Assembly: GCF_000317515.1 (NCBI RefSeq)
Contig: NC_019738.1
Coordinates: 1,681,623-1,745,622 of the forward strand
DNA length: 64,000 nt
Source of the DNA: Allocoleopsis franciscana PCC 7113
Lineage (GTDB): Bacteria; Cyanobacteriota; Cyanobacteriia; Cyanobacteriales; Coleofasciculaceae
Direction of reading: 5' to 3'
Shown here: positions 1-10,373 of the stretch, in pieces
Numbering within the stretch: the first letter of the stretch is position 1
How the letters are laid out: each line of letters starts with the position of its first letter
Program-made: the position numbers and the translations under genes
Notes under the pieces: generated by a model
Told to the model about the DNA's origin: nothing
The model's database searches: none
What the model saw: the letters and a program-made list of their open reading frames with translations, nothing else

Positions 1-947
1 ATGTAAAGGGTCAAGCTCATGCTCGCAGAGCCTTAGAAATTGCAGCGGCTGGAGGACATAATTTAATCTTTGTCGGGCCTCCTGGGAGTGGCAAAACCAT
101 GCTGGCGCGTCGCTTGCCAGGGATTTTACCGCCATTAAGCTTTGAGGAAGCCTTAGAAGTGACACAAATCCACTCTGTTGCAGGATTGCTGAGAAACAAA
201 GGAACATTGGTCAGCGATCGCCCTTATCGCAGTCCTCATCACTCTGCCTCTGGCCCCTCCCTCGTGGGGGGTGGCAGCTTTCCCCGTCCTGGGGAAATTT
301 CTCTGGCACACCGGGGGGTGCTGTTTTTGGATGAACTCACCGAATTTAAGCGCGATGTGTTGGAATTCTTGCGTCAACCGTTAGAAGATGGCTGTGTGAC
401 CATTTCCCGCACTCGTCAATCGGTGATGTTTCCCGCACAGTTCACCTTGGTGGCGAGTACGAATCCTTGCCCTTGTGGCTACTTCGGGGATACTATTCAA
501 GCTTGCACTTGTTCGCCAAGAGCTAGGGAACAATACTGGGCAAAGCTTTCGGGTCCTTTGATGGATCGAATTGATTTACAAGTGGCGGTGAATCGATTGA
601 AGCCGGAAGAGATTACGCGACAACCCACGGGGGAGGAATCGGCACCTGTACGGGAACGAGTACAAGCCGCACGCGATCGCGCCTGGACTCGATTCAAACT
701 TGCCGATTCGACAATTCGTTGCAATGCTCAGATGCAGAGTCATCATCTGCGTCACTGGTGCCCGTTGGATGATACCTCTCGCAACTTACTAGAGGGCGCA
801 ATTCGCAAGTTAGGCTTATCGGCACGGGCAAGCGATCGCATTCTTAAAGTAGCCCGTACCATTGCTGACTTAGCAGGTGATGAAGTTCTCAAACCCCAGC
901 ACGTTGCCGAAGCCATTCAGTACCGCACTATTGACAGAATGCAATAA
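1..947 (+). CDS. Mg-chelatase-like AAA+ ATPase, YifB/ComM family (5' end cut by window edge)
   Basis: The in-frame translation from nt 3 gives ...NLIFVGPPGSGKTMLARRLPG (Walker A) and continues into ORF 99..947, which has a ComM/YifB-type C-terminus (CPCGYFGD, LSGPLMDRIDL). Confidence 0.8.
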   Translation, partial: VKGQAHARRALEIAAAGGHNLIFVGPPGSGKTMLARRLPGILPPLSFEEALEVTQIHSVAGLLRNKGTLVSDRPYRSPHHSASGPSLVGGGSFPRPGEISLAHRGVLFLDELTEFKRDVLEFLRQPLEDGCVTISRTRQSVMFPAQFTLVASTNPCPCGYFGDTIQACTCSPRAREQYWAKLSGPLMDRIDLQVAVNRLKPEEITRQPTGEESAPVRERVQAARDRAWTRFKLADSTIRCNAQMQSHHLRHWCPLDDTSRNLLEGAIRKLGLSARASDRILKVARTIADLAGDEVLKPQHVAEAIQYRTIDRMQ

Positions 948-970
948 ATGTGAAAGGAAAGGACGCTTAA

Positions 971-1345
971 CTAGGGAAGTTCAACGCCTGAACGACGCAC
1001 CAAGCTCAAAACCCGCAAAACCAAAGCTCTGAGGAAGTGAGCCATACTTTGGGGATGAGCGATCGCCCAAAAATTAATACTCAGACAGGTACTAGCCAGC
1101 CCTAACAGGATAAAGGTAGGAGCCATAACCACACCAATCATCCACCAAGTAAACACATGAAATACCATCACCAGCGCCGGGAGGCAGGCAAGCATAGCCG
1201 CTTGTCGCACCTGAGGCTGAGGACGGCGCAGTCCGGTGAATATCATCGTCTGCAAGGTGAAGAGCAAGTTGGCAGGAACCAAAAAGGCACAGATGGCAAG
1301 ACAGTTGGTTCGTGAAAATTCAAAAAGAGTGTTGAAGTCAAACAT
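971..1345 (-). CDS. small hydrophobic membrane protein, hypothetical
   Basis: 124-aa ORF with 3 to 4 predicted TM stretches sitting in the gap between two + strand genes. No recognisable family. Confidence 0.4.
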   Translation of the reverse strand: MFDFNTLFEFSRTNCLAICAFLVPANLLFTLQTMIFTGLRRPQPQVRQAAMLACLPALVMVFHVFTWWMIGVVMAPTFILLGLASTCLSINFWAIAHPQSMAHFLRALVLRVLSLVRRSGVELP

Positions 1346-1581
1346 GCAATATTAGGTATAAGTACTGTTGCCAGTCTATCTCGCCTGACCCATAGACCTC
1401 AGGTCATCCTGTCGTGTATTCAGAAAACTATGTCAAAGGGAATGGTGATATGGGCTAGGCGTGGGTATTACCTAATACCGAATGAATAACTCTCAGGCTG
1501 AATCTGTTTCGGTTTCTGAGTTGCTCCCATGGGATGAACCAGTTTTGACATAGAGTAGTACAATAATGACCGTTGTAATTC

Positions 1582-2889
1582 GTGACACAGGCATTGATCG
1601 AGCGCTACACCCTGCCCGAAATGGGCGAATTGTGGACGGACACCTACAAGTTTAAAACCTGGCTTCAGGTCGAAATCGCTGTTTGTGAGGCACAAGCTGA
1701 ACTGGGTGCCATTCCTGAAGCGGCTGTTGAGGACATTAAAGCTAAGGCCAATTTTGACCCGAAGCGCATACTAGAAATTGAGGAAGAAGTCCGCCATGAC
1801 ATGATCGCCTTTCTCACGAATGTAAATGAGTATGTGGGCGATGCGGGACGTTATATCCACTTGGGATTGACGAGTTCCGATGTCTTGGATACGGCTCTAG
1901 CTCTGCAACTGGTAGCCAGTTTGGACATTATTCTGGAGCATCTAGAGAAACTCAGTCAAGCGATTCGCTACCAGGCACAGCAACATCGCAATACCGTGAT
2001 GATTGGTCGTTCTCATGGCATTCATGCCGAACCGATTACCTTTGGCTTTAAGCTGGCAGGTTGGTTGGCGGAAGTGTGTCGCAACCGCGATCGCCTCTGC
2101 CAAGTGCGTCATGAAATTGCCGTGGGGAAGATTTCTGGTGCGGTGGGAACTTATGCCAATATTAACCCCCGTGTGGAAGCGATCGCCTGTCAGAATTTGG
2201 GACTGCAACCGGATACGGCTTCAACTCAGGTGATCTCCCGCGATCGCCATGCTAATTTTGTTCAACAATTAGCGCTTTTAGGGGCAACCCTGGAACGCTT
2301 TGCGGTGGAAATTCGCAACCTGCAAAGAACCGATGTCTTGGAAGTTGAAGAATACTTCTCTAAAGGACAAAAAGGTTCCTCGGCAATGCCGCATAAGCGT
2401 AACCCGATTCGTTCCGAACGACTCACAGGAATGGCGCGAATTGTGCGGGGACATGCGGTGGCAGCGTTAGAAAATGTAGCGCTATGGCATGAACGGGATA
2501 TCTCCCATAGTTCGGTGGAACGGGTGATTTTACCCGACGCTTGCATTTTGACTCACTTCATGCTGGTAGAAATCACCGACTTGGTGAAGAAGCTGCTGGT
2601 TTATCCAGAAAACATGAAGCGGAATATGAATCTTTACGGGGGTGTTGTATTTAGCCAGAGGGTATTATTGACCTTGGTGGATAAGGGAATGACCCGCGAA
2701 GAAGCTTATAGGATTGTCCAATCTTGTGCTCATGAAGCTTGGAATAAACCAGAGGGAAATTTCCACGAGTTGATTGCTAAAAACCCTCAAGTTATGAGTA
2801 AGTTAACTCCGCCAGAAATTGAGGCTTGTTTTGAGCCACAGCATCATTTACAGCACATGGATGAGATTTATCAACGCTTAGGGATTTAA
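1582..2889 (+). CDS. purB: adenylosuccinate lyase
   Basis: GTG start, 435 aa. N-terminus MTQALIERYTLPEMGELW and lyase-class motifs (GTSSDVLDT, SSAMPHKRNP) are typical of PurB. Confidence 0.92.
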   Translation: MTQALIERYTLPEMGELWTDTYKFKTWLQVEIAVCEAQAELGAIPEAAVEDIKAKANFDPKRILEIEEEVRHDMIAFLTNVNEYVGDAGRYIHLGLTSSDVLDTALALQLVASLDIILEHLEKLSQAIRYQAQQHRNTVMIGRSHGIHAEPITFGFKLAGWLAEVCRNRDRLCQVRHEIAVGKISGAVGTYANINPRVEAIACQNLGLQPDTASTQVISRDRHANFVQQLALLGATLERFAVEIRNLQRTDVLEVEEYFSKGQKGSSAMPHKRNPIRSERLTGMARIVRGHAVAALENVALWHERDISHSSVERVILPDACILTHFMLVEITDLVKKLLVYPENMKRNMNLYGGVVFSQRVLLTLVDKGMTREEAYRIVQSCAHEAWNKPEGNFHELIAKNPQVMSKLTPPEIEACFEPQHHLQHMDEIYQRLGI

Positions 2890-2896
2890 CGGAGAA

Positions 2897-2930
2897 AAAT
2901 GGGGAATGAAGGAGTAACAATTCCCCATTT
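2897..2930. terminator. bidirectional hairpin between convergent purB and ppsA
   Basis: Perfect 10-bp stem AAATGGGGAA / TTCCCCATTT with a 14-nt loop directly after the purB stop. A second HIP1-containing palindrome follows at about 2940-2980. Confidence 0.45.
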
Positions 2931-3028
2931 CTTGTAGTCAGAAAAAAGCGATCGCACTTTACCGAAGCAAAGCGCGATCGCTTCATAGTCTACACTCGAC
3001 TAAGCATCAATCAGAAACACACCCAAAA

Positions 3029-5530
3029 CTAACCTTGTTCTTTTTCGACTTCAGCCACCATCAACAGTGTCTTCATCACCGAGTCAGGATTCAAACTCAT
3101 CGAATCAATTCCCAACTCAACCAAGAACTTAGCAAACTCAGGATAATCGCTCGGAGCTTGACCACAAATCCCAATCTTGCGGTTATTCTTCTTCGCTTTA
3201 GCAATTACCATCCGCACCATATCTTTAACCGCATCATTGCGTTCATCAAAGATATGAGCCACTAAAGCCGAATCCCGATCTAAACCCAAGGTTAACTGAG
3301 TTAAATCATTCGATCCAATCGAGAATCCATCAAACACCTCACTAAATTGGTCAGCCAAGATGACATTACTCGGAATCTCGCACATCACATAAACTTGCAA
3401 GCCATTTTCACCGCGCTTGAGTCCATGTTTTTCCATTTCAGCTAACACCTTGCGGCCTTCATCAGGAGTACGGCAGAAGGGAATCATTGGGATAACATTC
3501 GTCAAACCCATTTCATCCCGAACCCGTTTCATTGCTTTGCACTCTAAAGCAAAGGCTTCTCGGTAATTCTCGTCATAATAACGCGAGGCACCACGCCAGC
3601 CAATCATCGGGTTTTCTTCCTTCGGCTCAAACTGGTGACCCCCCAAGAGGTTTGCGTATTCGTTGCTCTTGAAGTCAGACAGGCGCACCACCACCGGGTT
3701 AGGATAAAACGCCGCCGCAATCATGCCCACACCATGTGCCAACTTATCTACGAAGAAGTCTTCCTTCCGTTCGTAGAGGTAAGTCATTTTATAAATTTCC
3801 CGCTTCACCAAAGCATCGTCAAGCTCATCGAAGCGTAGCAATGCTAATGGGTGCGCCTTGATGTGATTGGCAATAATAAACTCTAACCGAGCTAATCCCA
3901 CACCATCACAAGGAATCGAGGACAAACCAAAAGCTTCTTCCGGATTACCCACATTCATCAAAATCTTGGTGCGGGTGCGAGGCAAGTTATCGAGTTGAGT
4001 TTCTTGCACTTCAAACGGTACCAAACCGGCATAAACTCGACCCGCTTCTCCTTCCGAACAGGAGATGGTCACCTCTTGCCCACTGCTTAACACACCTGTA
4101 GCATTGCCGCAACCCACGATCGCCGGGATTCCCATTTCACGAGCAATAATTGCCGCGTGGCAGGTGCGTCCGCCTTGGTTAGTGACGATCGCACTCGCTC
4201 GCTTCATAATAGGTTCCCAGTCGGGGTCAGTCTTATTGGTTACTAAGACTTCACCGGGTTCAAACTCGTCAATCTTGTGGACATCAAGAATAACTTTAGC
4301 TTTGCCCTGACCGATCATTTCCCCAACCGCACGACCGGTAATCAGCACTTCGGAGGTTCCCTTGAGCTGATAGCTTCTCAGGACACTCGCTGATTTTTGG
4401 GATTGTACGGTTTCCGGACGAGCTTGGACGATGTAAAGTTCACCTGTGAGTCCATCTTTCGCCCACTCAATATCCATCGGAGTGTATTGACCCCGAACGT
4501 CGGAATAGTGGTCTTCAATAATACAACCCCAACGGGCAAGCTGAAGAATTTCCTCATCATTCAGGGCGTATTTCCGCTGTTCAGATTCCGGAACTGACAC
4601 GTTCTTCGTCAGCTTTGTGCCACCGATTTCGTAAACCATTTTGATTTCTTTGCTGCCCAAGCGCTTCTCCAAAATCGGGCGATAGCCTTCTTTAAGAGTG
4701 GGCTTGAACACAAAGTATTCATCTGGGTTCACAGCACCTTGAACCACATTTTCCCCTAAACCGTAGGCAGCCGTTACTAATGCTGCATTCTTAAAGCCGG
4801 TTTCGGTGTCGATGGAGAACATCACACCAGAGGTTGCCAAGTCAGAACGCACCATCTTTTGCACACCGACGGAAAGGGCAACATTAAAGTGATCGAACCC
4901 CTTAACGGTGCGATAAGAAATGGCGCGATCAGTAAAGATTGAGGCAAAACACCGATGGCAGGAGTCTATAACATCTTGAACCCCATAAACGTTGAGGTAG
5001 GTTTCCTGCTGACCGGCAAAACTGGCATCTGGTAAGTCTTCCGCTGTGGCACTGGAACGGACAGCGACATCAACAGCTACACTTTCCTGTTTGCACTGCT
5101 CTTGGTAGTCGGAGTCAAACCTGTCGCATAATTGAGCCGTGTAACCATAGCGTTCACATAGCTTCAAGTAAGCCTCTGCGATCGCATCTTGTAAATCTTG
5201 GGGGAAGGGGGTGTTGAGAATCAAGGAACGGGCTTGCTTACCTCGAACCCGTAGATTATTCATATCCTCAACATCCAAGTCCGCGAAAAGCTGACGCAGC
5301 TTTTCTTCTAAACCCGCCGCTTGAATAAAATATCGATAAGCGTAAGCCGTTGTGGCAAAACCTGTAGGAACTTTCACTCCCTTGGGTGTCAATTGCTGAA
5401 TCATTTCACCCAGAGAGGCATTCTTACCACCTACTAAGGGAATATCTGCAATTCCTACTTCCTCAAACCAGAGGACAAGAGCTTGTTCTTTGGAAGCTTG
5501 AGGAGATGTCGCTTGAGTCGCTGTTACCAT
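3029..5530 (-). CDS. ppsA: phosphoenolpyruvate synthase (pyruvate, water dikinase)
   Basis: 833 aa. GGKNASLGEM nucleotide-binding signature, phosphohistidine region GGRTCHAAIIAREMGIPAIVG, and a PEP-utilising C-terminal domain. Confidence 0.92.
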   Translation of the reverse strand: MVTATQATSPQASKEQALVLWFEEVGIADIPLVGGKNASLGEMIQQLTPKGVKVPTGFATTAYAYRYFIQAAGLEEKLRQLFADLDVEDMNNLRVRGKQARSLILNTPFPQDLQDAIAEAYLKLCERYGYTAQLCDRFDSDYQEQCKQESVAVDVAVRSSATAEDLPDASFAGQQETYLNVYGVQDVIDSCHRCFASIFTDRAISYRTVKGFDHFNVALSVGVQKMVRSDLATSGVMFSIDTETGFKNAALVTAAYGLGENVVQGAVNPDEYFVFKPTLKEGYRPILEKRLGSKEIKMVYEIGGTKLTKNVSVPESEQRKYALNDEEILQLARWGCIIEDHYSDVRGQYTPMDIEWAKDGLTGELYIVQARPETVQSQKSASVLRSYQLKGTSEVLITGRAVGEMIGQGKAKVILDVHKIDEFEPGEVLVTNKTDPDWEPIMKRASAIVTNQGGRTCHAAIIAREMGIPAIVGCGNATGVLSSGQEVTISCSEGEAGRVYAGLVPFEVQETQLDNLPRTRTKILMNVGNPEEAFGLSSIPCDGVGLARLEFIIANHIKAHPLALLRFDELDDALVKREIYKMTYLYERKEDFFVDKLAHGVGMIAAAFYPNPVVVRLSDFKSNEYANLLGGHQFEPKEENPMIGWRGASRYYDENYREAFALECKAMKRVRDEMGLTNVIPMIPFCRTPDEGRKVLAEMEKHGLKRGENGLQVYVMCEIPSNVILADQFSEVFDGFSIGSNDLTQLTLGLDRDSALVAHIFDERNDAVKDMVRMVIAKAKKNNRKIGICGQAPSDYPEFAKFLVELGIDSMSLNPDSVMKTLLMVAEVEKEQG

Positions 5531-5670
5531 AGGTATTTTCTCCTACTCTGGAATTAGTTTACCTCCGGCAAGGTTTTTGGATTCGGGATATGACTCATTT
5601 CTTTACCAAGTTAGTAACACTTGGAAACATAGCACTCCATCAGGGTTGAGCTGGCTGACAACACCTCCAC

Positions 5671-7065
5671 TTGGGTCAAACATCAAGCCCTATGGCGTTA
5701 AAGTTTTGCGATACACCATCAACCCGTCCCAATCCCGTGATAGCGTTTGATACTGAGAGAATCTCTGGACTATCTACTCTCAGATTGGCAATGCAACAAC
5801 CGCCCTCAACAACACCCTTATCCCAGACACACAACCGCTATCCCGATACTCTCTATCTGGAATTGGCGGCAACTCCAGTACTCTCAGACGGGACTGATAT
5901 CGAGCAGATTGACCTTTACCTAAGTATTGACTTTCACCAACAGTGGCAACCCATCAACACCGGACGTGTGAAGTTTGGTTTCAAAGGCGGCGAACTCAAA
6001 ATCCACCTCAAAAATGGCAAAATGCCTAGCGAGTTGCGTCAACTGAGTGGCTGGGTTCAACTTTCCGCCGACGAAACTCCTCAGTCGTCGATTGAGTGTC
6101 AGGTATTCTCCCAAGGGGAAGCTGAATCTCCCGTCTGGAAGTGGCAGGGCAAGACGGGGATGTCTGTTTTGCAGGGTTCACTCCCACAAACCAAGCTGGG
6201 TACGGTGCAGGTGATGGGTCAGCCTTGGGGTATCGAATCCGTCTTTACCGTATCACCTGGCGATGTTTATTTGACGAGTGTAGAAGGTTTATGGTCTCAC
6301 ACAATTAGCCCGAATCAGCTAGCGGTGTTAGAGAGAAAGCTGGTTTTATTTTTGCTCGAATCCAAACTTCAGCCTTACCTCAGCCGAGTCGTATGGCACT
6401 GTGATCAGCACCCTGGACAGTCCAAAAGTGAGCCACCGAATATAGAGGAGCAAACGGTTGGAATTGATACGGGTGAAACCGAAGAATGTCCGGAATTAGC
6501 AGACGTAATTCAGCGCGTGATTACCGCAGAAACGGATAATTTTTTGGAATTAGCCAAAATTGCAGGTCTTAATCCCTTGGTCGATTTTTCCGGTGCAAAA
6601 CTGCTTGGTGTCAACCTCACTGGGGTAGATTTGAGTGGAGCCAATCTTCGGGGAGTCTATCTTCGGGGTGCGGACTTGAGTGATACAGATTTGAGTGGTG
6701 CAGATTTGCAGGGAGCGACTTTTGGTGGTGCCGATCTCAGTGGTGCTTATTTAAGTGATGCCGATTTGAGTCATGGTGATTTTCACCGCGCTAGTTTGGC
6801 GTTGGCGAATCTCAGTAGTGCCAATCTTAGTAGTGCTAATCTTAGTGAAGTTAACTTTAGCAGTGCCAATTTAAGTGATGCTAACCTGACGAATGCAAAT
6901 CTCACTCAGGCTGACCTCCATCGGGCTAGTTTGATGTTAGCCAATTTGAGTGGTACAACGTGGTTGAATAGCCGTGTAGAAGAAGCCCGATTTAGCAAAA
7001 ATTCGGGACTTTCTGAGGAATGGAAGCTGGACTTGAAACAACGGGGGGCTATTTTTGAGGGATAA
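5671..7065 (+). CDS. pentapeptide-repeat protein with an unassigned N-terminal domain
   Basis: The C-terminal 180 aa or so are tandem A(D/N)LSxx pentapeptides (ADLSGANLRGVYLRGADLSDTDLSGADLQGATFGGADLSGAYL...). The N-terminal 280 aa have no recognisable family. Confidence 0.75.
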   Translation: MGQTSSPMALKFCDTPSTRPNPVIAFDTERISGLSTLRLAMQQPPSTTPLSQTHNRYPDTLYLELAATPVLSDGTDIEQIDLYLSIDFHQQWQPINTGRVKFGFKGGELKIHLKNGKMPSELRQLSGWVQLSADETPQSSIECQVFSQGEAESPVWKWQGKTGMSVLQGSLPQTKLGTVQVMGQPWGIESVFTVSPGDVYLTSVEGLWSHTISPNQLAVLERKLVLFLLESKLQPYLSRVVWHCDQHPGQSKSEPPNIEEQTVGIDTGETEECPELADVIQRVITAETDNFLELAKIAGLNPLVDFSGAKLLGVNLTGVDLSGANLRGVYLRGADLSDTDLSGADLQGATFGGADLSGAYLSDADLSHGDFHRASLALANLSSANLSSANLSEVNFSSANLSDANLTNANLTQADLHRASLMLANLSGTTWLNSRVEEARFSKNSGLSEEWKLDLKQRGAIFEG

Positions 7066-7080
7066 GTCCCCTCAAGTCAA

Positions 7081-7101
7081 GTGTGTCCGTTCAGGACACA
7101 C
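7081..7101 (+). terminator. stem-loop just downstream of the pentapeptide gene
   Basis: GTGTGTCC-gttca-GGACACAC, an 8-bp stem 16 nt after the stop at 7065. It lacks a clear U-run. Confidence 0.3.
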
Positions 7102-7700
7102 AGCCGTACTCCAAAAAGTTGCGATCGCGCTCTATAGTTAATAGTTAGTGCATCAGGGCAGACGTTTCTCACCCGTTTTTAGCAGTATTCCGAACAACTT
7201 TCTCTCCCCACTTCATCCTCATGCTCGTATGAACTGCGGTCATCTTTAGCGGTCATTCCTTGCCCCCCGTTCAACCTTGCAGCCCTAAACCGCTTATGTT
7301 GGGCAAGAGGTGGCACGTCTTGAACGTATCGGAAATAATAGAGCTAATGCGGGTGGTTTTGCCCAAACAGCCAGTCCGGTCGAACGCCGAAAAAAGAATC
7401 AAAAGGTCAAACCGAAGTGTTGAGTGAGTATTTACTAGGGAAACAACTTGAGGTTTGGTCTTTCCAGCATGTCCTTCTCCATCAGGTTTGGGCTTATAAG
7501 TTAGGGTGGGTATTTAAATCGCTTAAAGGGAAATGTTTCAATATCATTAGCGTTAGCCAAGCCGATCTGAAAGAGCAACACCTGGTCTCTAGACCCAAGA
7601 TAGCTCAAACAAGTACAACCATAGTAGGTAAGATAGAGCGTCGCGTCGCCGACTCCTTGGAGAACGCTCATGCTGATGTTGTCGTGGCTGGGGAACTACA

Positions 7701-8630
7701 TTGATCAAGCATCACCTCATTAAAACTGATTTCGGGTGTCGCTGTACAATCTGCCACTGGAAATGGCGAAGTATTCCGACGAGTTCGTGTCCAGGAGTCC
7801 GCCGCTTCGCCCGGTGGAATGATATACCCACCTATCTCAAAACGATAGACCAATTGAGTAGGGTGGGGCTAAAACCCAGAGACAAAGGCGATCCCACTGC
7901 GTGCCTGCAACCGAGAGAAGGCAAGCCTCCTCACTGTTGGCTTTACGATCAACGCCAAGCGGTTTCTTTGCACAAGCGAATTCCGGTTTTTGGAGAATTG
8001 ACTCAGCAACAAAGAAGGATTGCGGCTGAGGCAAGGCGACTATGGGAAAAGGGAGAAATTTATACCCAACTTCACCGAGGTGTAGTTATTGAAGCGATTC
8101 CCCAAGTTTTGGAAAAATTTATCCGCTTCAAAGCTAGGGCGAAGATTCGGGATATTCCTGGTAAGTTTCGTGCCGCCGACATTGAAGCCAATGTCAACTT
8201 ACCAACCCATCTTGAAGCCATCGAACATGCTAAGCAATTTATTAATCGAATTCTAGATTCTGGCATTCCCAATAATATCCCCGCCCGCAACAATCTTCAT
8301 GCCTATCTTGAGGAATGGGGGGGGTGTTTTATCCGACTCGATGAATCAGGTTCCGGCTTTTATCTGCGAGTTACTTGTGAACCCGAAGAACAGAAACAAG
8401 AAGAAATCCCACCACTTAACTTCATTCCAATTGATGGAGAATGGTGGGAAGTTTTAGGGGTTAAACCAGAGGCAACTCCGGCAGAAGTCAAAAAAGCTTA
8501 TCGGCGCTTGGCAGGAATGTTTCACCCCGATATCAATAAGAGTGAAGAAGCGCACGAAAGAACTGTCGCGCTTAATCGCGCTTATGAGACGTATCGGGAA
8601 TTATTAAGAACTGTCGCTTCACAAAGATAG
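7701..8630 (+). CDS. DnaJ (J-domain) protein, J domain at the C-terminus
   Basis: C-terminal [51 protein letters not shown] has the HPD motif of a J domain. The ORF has no in-frame ATG before the J domain, so a TTG start (7701) or a GTG start is implied. Confidence 0.55.
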   Translation: MIKHHLIKTDFGCRCTICHWKWRSIPTSSCPGVRRFARWNDIPTYLKTIDQLSRVGLKPRDKGDPTACLQPREGKPPHCWLYDQRQAVSLHKRIPVFGELTQQQRRIAAEARRLWEKGEIYTQLHRGVVIEAIPQVLEKFIRFKARAKIRDIPGKFRAADIEANVNLPTHLEAIEHAKQFINRILDSGIPNNIPARNNLHAYLEEWGGCFIRLDESGSGFYLRVTCEPEEQKQEEIPPLNFIPIDGEWWEVLGVKPEATPAEVKKAYRRLAGMFHPDINKSEEAHERTVALNRAYETYRELLRTVASQR

Positions 8631-8822
8631 AGTCACCTGAAGTCAAATTCATCAATCAATTTTGGAGTAAAACCAGAATACAGCGATCGCTCCAAGCACA
8701 CCGACCAAGCCGTTCACAGTTGGTGACAGGATGTCATCATAAAGAATAGACTCTTTCGCCTGGGAGACAAGACAACGGTTTACACACGTCCTTTAGCTCG
8801 TCTGATCGAGCAACTCCAACGC

Positions 8823-9371
8823 TTGCCCGGAGTTGGGCCGAAAACGGCTCAACGGCTGGCTTTACATATCCTCAAGCGCTCAGAGGAAGAAGTACAGGCA
8901 TTGGCTCAAGCCTTAGTTGAGGCGAAAAAACAAGTCGGCTTATGCCAGGTATGCTTTCACCTCTCCGCTGAACCCACCTGCGAAATCTGCCGCAACGCCA
9001 ACCGGGACAACACCACTATCTGTGTCGTTGCTGACTCCCGCGATGTGATTGCCCTGGAAAAAACGCGGGAATATAAAGGTAAATATCACGTCCTCGGTGG
9101 CGTCATCTCACCCATGGATGGAATTGGTCCCGATCAATTGCATATTCAGCAATTGGTGCGGCGAGTCAGCCAGAGGGGTATCAAAGAGGTGATTTTAGCC
9201 ATTAGTCCGAGCGTGGAAGGTGAGACAACCACGCTCTATGTTGGTCACCTCCTGAAGCCGTTTACTAAGGTCACTCGGATTGCTTTTGGTCTACCTGTAG
9301 GCGGCGATTTAGAGTATGCTGACGAGGTCACGTTAGCACGAGCCTTAGAAGGACGACGTGAACTCGATTAG
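8823..9371 (+). CDS. recR: recombination protein RecR
   Basis: [16 protein letters not shown] helix-hairpin-helix, C4 zinc finger [16 protein letters not shown], and a Toprim region. Homology ([15 protein letters not shown]) extends upstream to about 8775, where no canonical start codon lies in frame. Confidence 0.85.
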   Translation: MPGVGPKTAQRLALHILKRSEEEVQALAQALVEAKKQVGLCQVCFHLSAEPTCEICRNANRDNTTICVVADSRDVIALEKTREYKGKYHVLGGVISPMDGIGPDQLHIQQLVRRVSQRGIKEVILAISPSVEGETTTLYVGHLLKPFTKVTRIAFGLPVGGDLEYADEVTLARALEGRRELD

Positions 9372-9380
9372 CAATACAAA

Positions 9381-9429
9381 GAAGGATGAAGGATGAATGA
9401 AAAACTCTATTTTCATTCTTCATCCTTTA
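9381..9429. terminator. hairpin between convergent recR and the response-regulator gene
   Basis: GAAGGATGAAGGATGAATGAAAA ... TTTTCATTCTTCATCCTTT is an imperfect stem of about 19 bp with A/T-rich flanks on both sides. Confidence 0.45.
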
Positions 9430-9439
9430 CCCTTTCAGG

Positions 9440-10000
9440 CTACTTTAACTTTTGTTTGATGAAGGTCATAATTTGAGTTAACTGTTTCTTCAATCCATCA
9501 ATTTCAGCTTGCATTTTGGCAACTTTGGCATTAAGTTCCTCAATCTCGCTGGATGAAGCCGAAGATGGACTAGCCGTTGCTGTACTGGCGGCTGCCGCAG
9601 ACGACTGCATCTCTGGGCGAGGTTTTTTCGCCTTACCCATGGCTTCCTTGATAGCATCAACTAACTGTTTCTTCTCAAACGGCTTTTCAACAAAAGCAAA
9701 ATACTCAAAGGGTTCTTGGATTTTTTCCGTGACTTCTTCCTTACGACCTGACATTAATACCAAAGGAATTGTCTGGAGTTCGCTGGTACTTTGAATATGC
9801 TGAAACACTTCCCAACCACTCATTTTAGGGAGGAGGAAATCTAACATAATGAGGTTAGGATGTTCCTGGCGAATTAAATTCAGTCCCTCTAAACCATCCT
9901 TCGCTTCCAAAACTTCAATATTACCCGACGGTAACATTTCTCTGACCCGCGTCCGGATGACTTTGCTGTCGTCAATTACCAGGATTTTCTGATTTGCCAC
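9440..10000 (-). CDS. single-domain response regulator (CheY-like receiver) with C-terminal Ala/Ser-rich linker and coiled coil
   Basis: ILVIDDS...LIMLDFLLP...LVLMSGR...VEKPF carries the DD / D / S / K receiver residues. The tail is SSAAAASTATASPSSASSSEIEELNAKVAKMQAEIDGLKKQL. Confidence 0.85.
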   Translation of the reverse strand: MANQKILVIDDSKVIRTRVREMLPSGNIEVLEAKDGLEGLNLIRQEHPNLIMLDFLLPKMSGWEVFQHIQSTSELQTIPLVLMSGRKEEVTEKIQEPFEYFAFVEKPFEKKQLVDAIKEAMGKAKKPRPEMQSSAAAASTATASPSSASSSEIEELNAKVAKMQAEIDGLKKQLTQIMTFIKQKLK

Positions 10001-10373
10001 GACTGACTCCTTTGGAGAGGTAACTTTAAGAACACTACAGTTTTCAAAAAGCAGATACTACTGACTCTAGATCAATAATTAAATCTGGAGTCAAAGCTTA
10101 GCTGCTGTGAACGCCGCCAGTTCATAATTTGTGGTGTAGCGCCAGTGTGTCTCGCTCTGAGCTTCAAGTTACTTCCTACCCAGCCAAGATAAACCAGCGA
10201 CATGTATGCACGACAGACATTTTTTTGTCTGTTTACTGTGATACAACGGCTAAGACGGCACCCTTAACTTTTTGTCATTTTAAGCCCAAGCTCAAAAGCA
10301 AGCGGTGTGCCTGATTCTAGATTAATCTGGTCTGACCGAGAAGAGCAAAAAAACTCAGCCAACACAAGCAAGG

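Noticed and set aside
3035-4597. Several 60-80-aa plus-strand ORFs inside ppsA
   Set aside because: Antisense to a highly conserved 833-aa gene. Artefacts.
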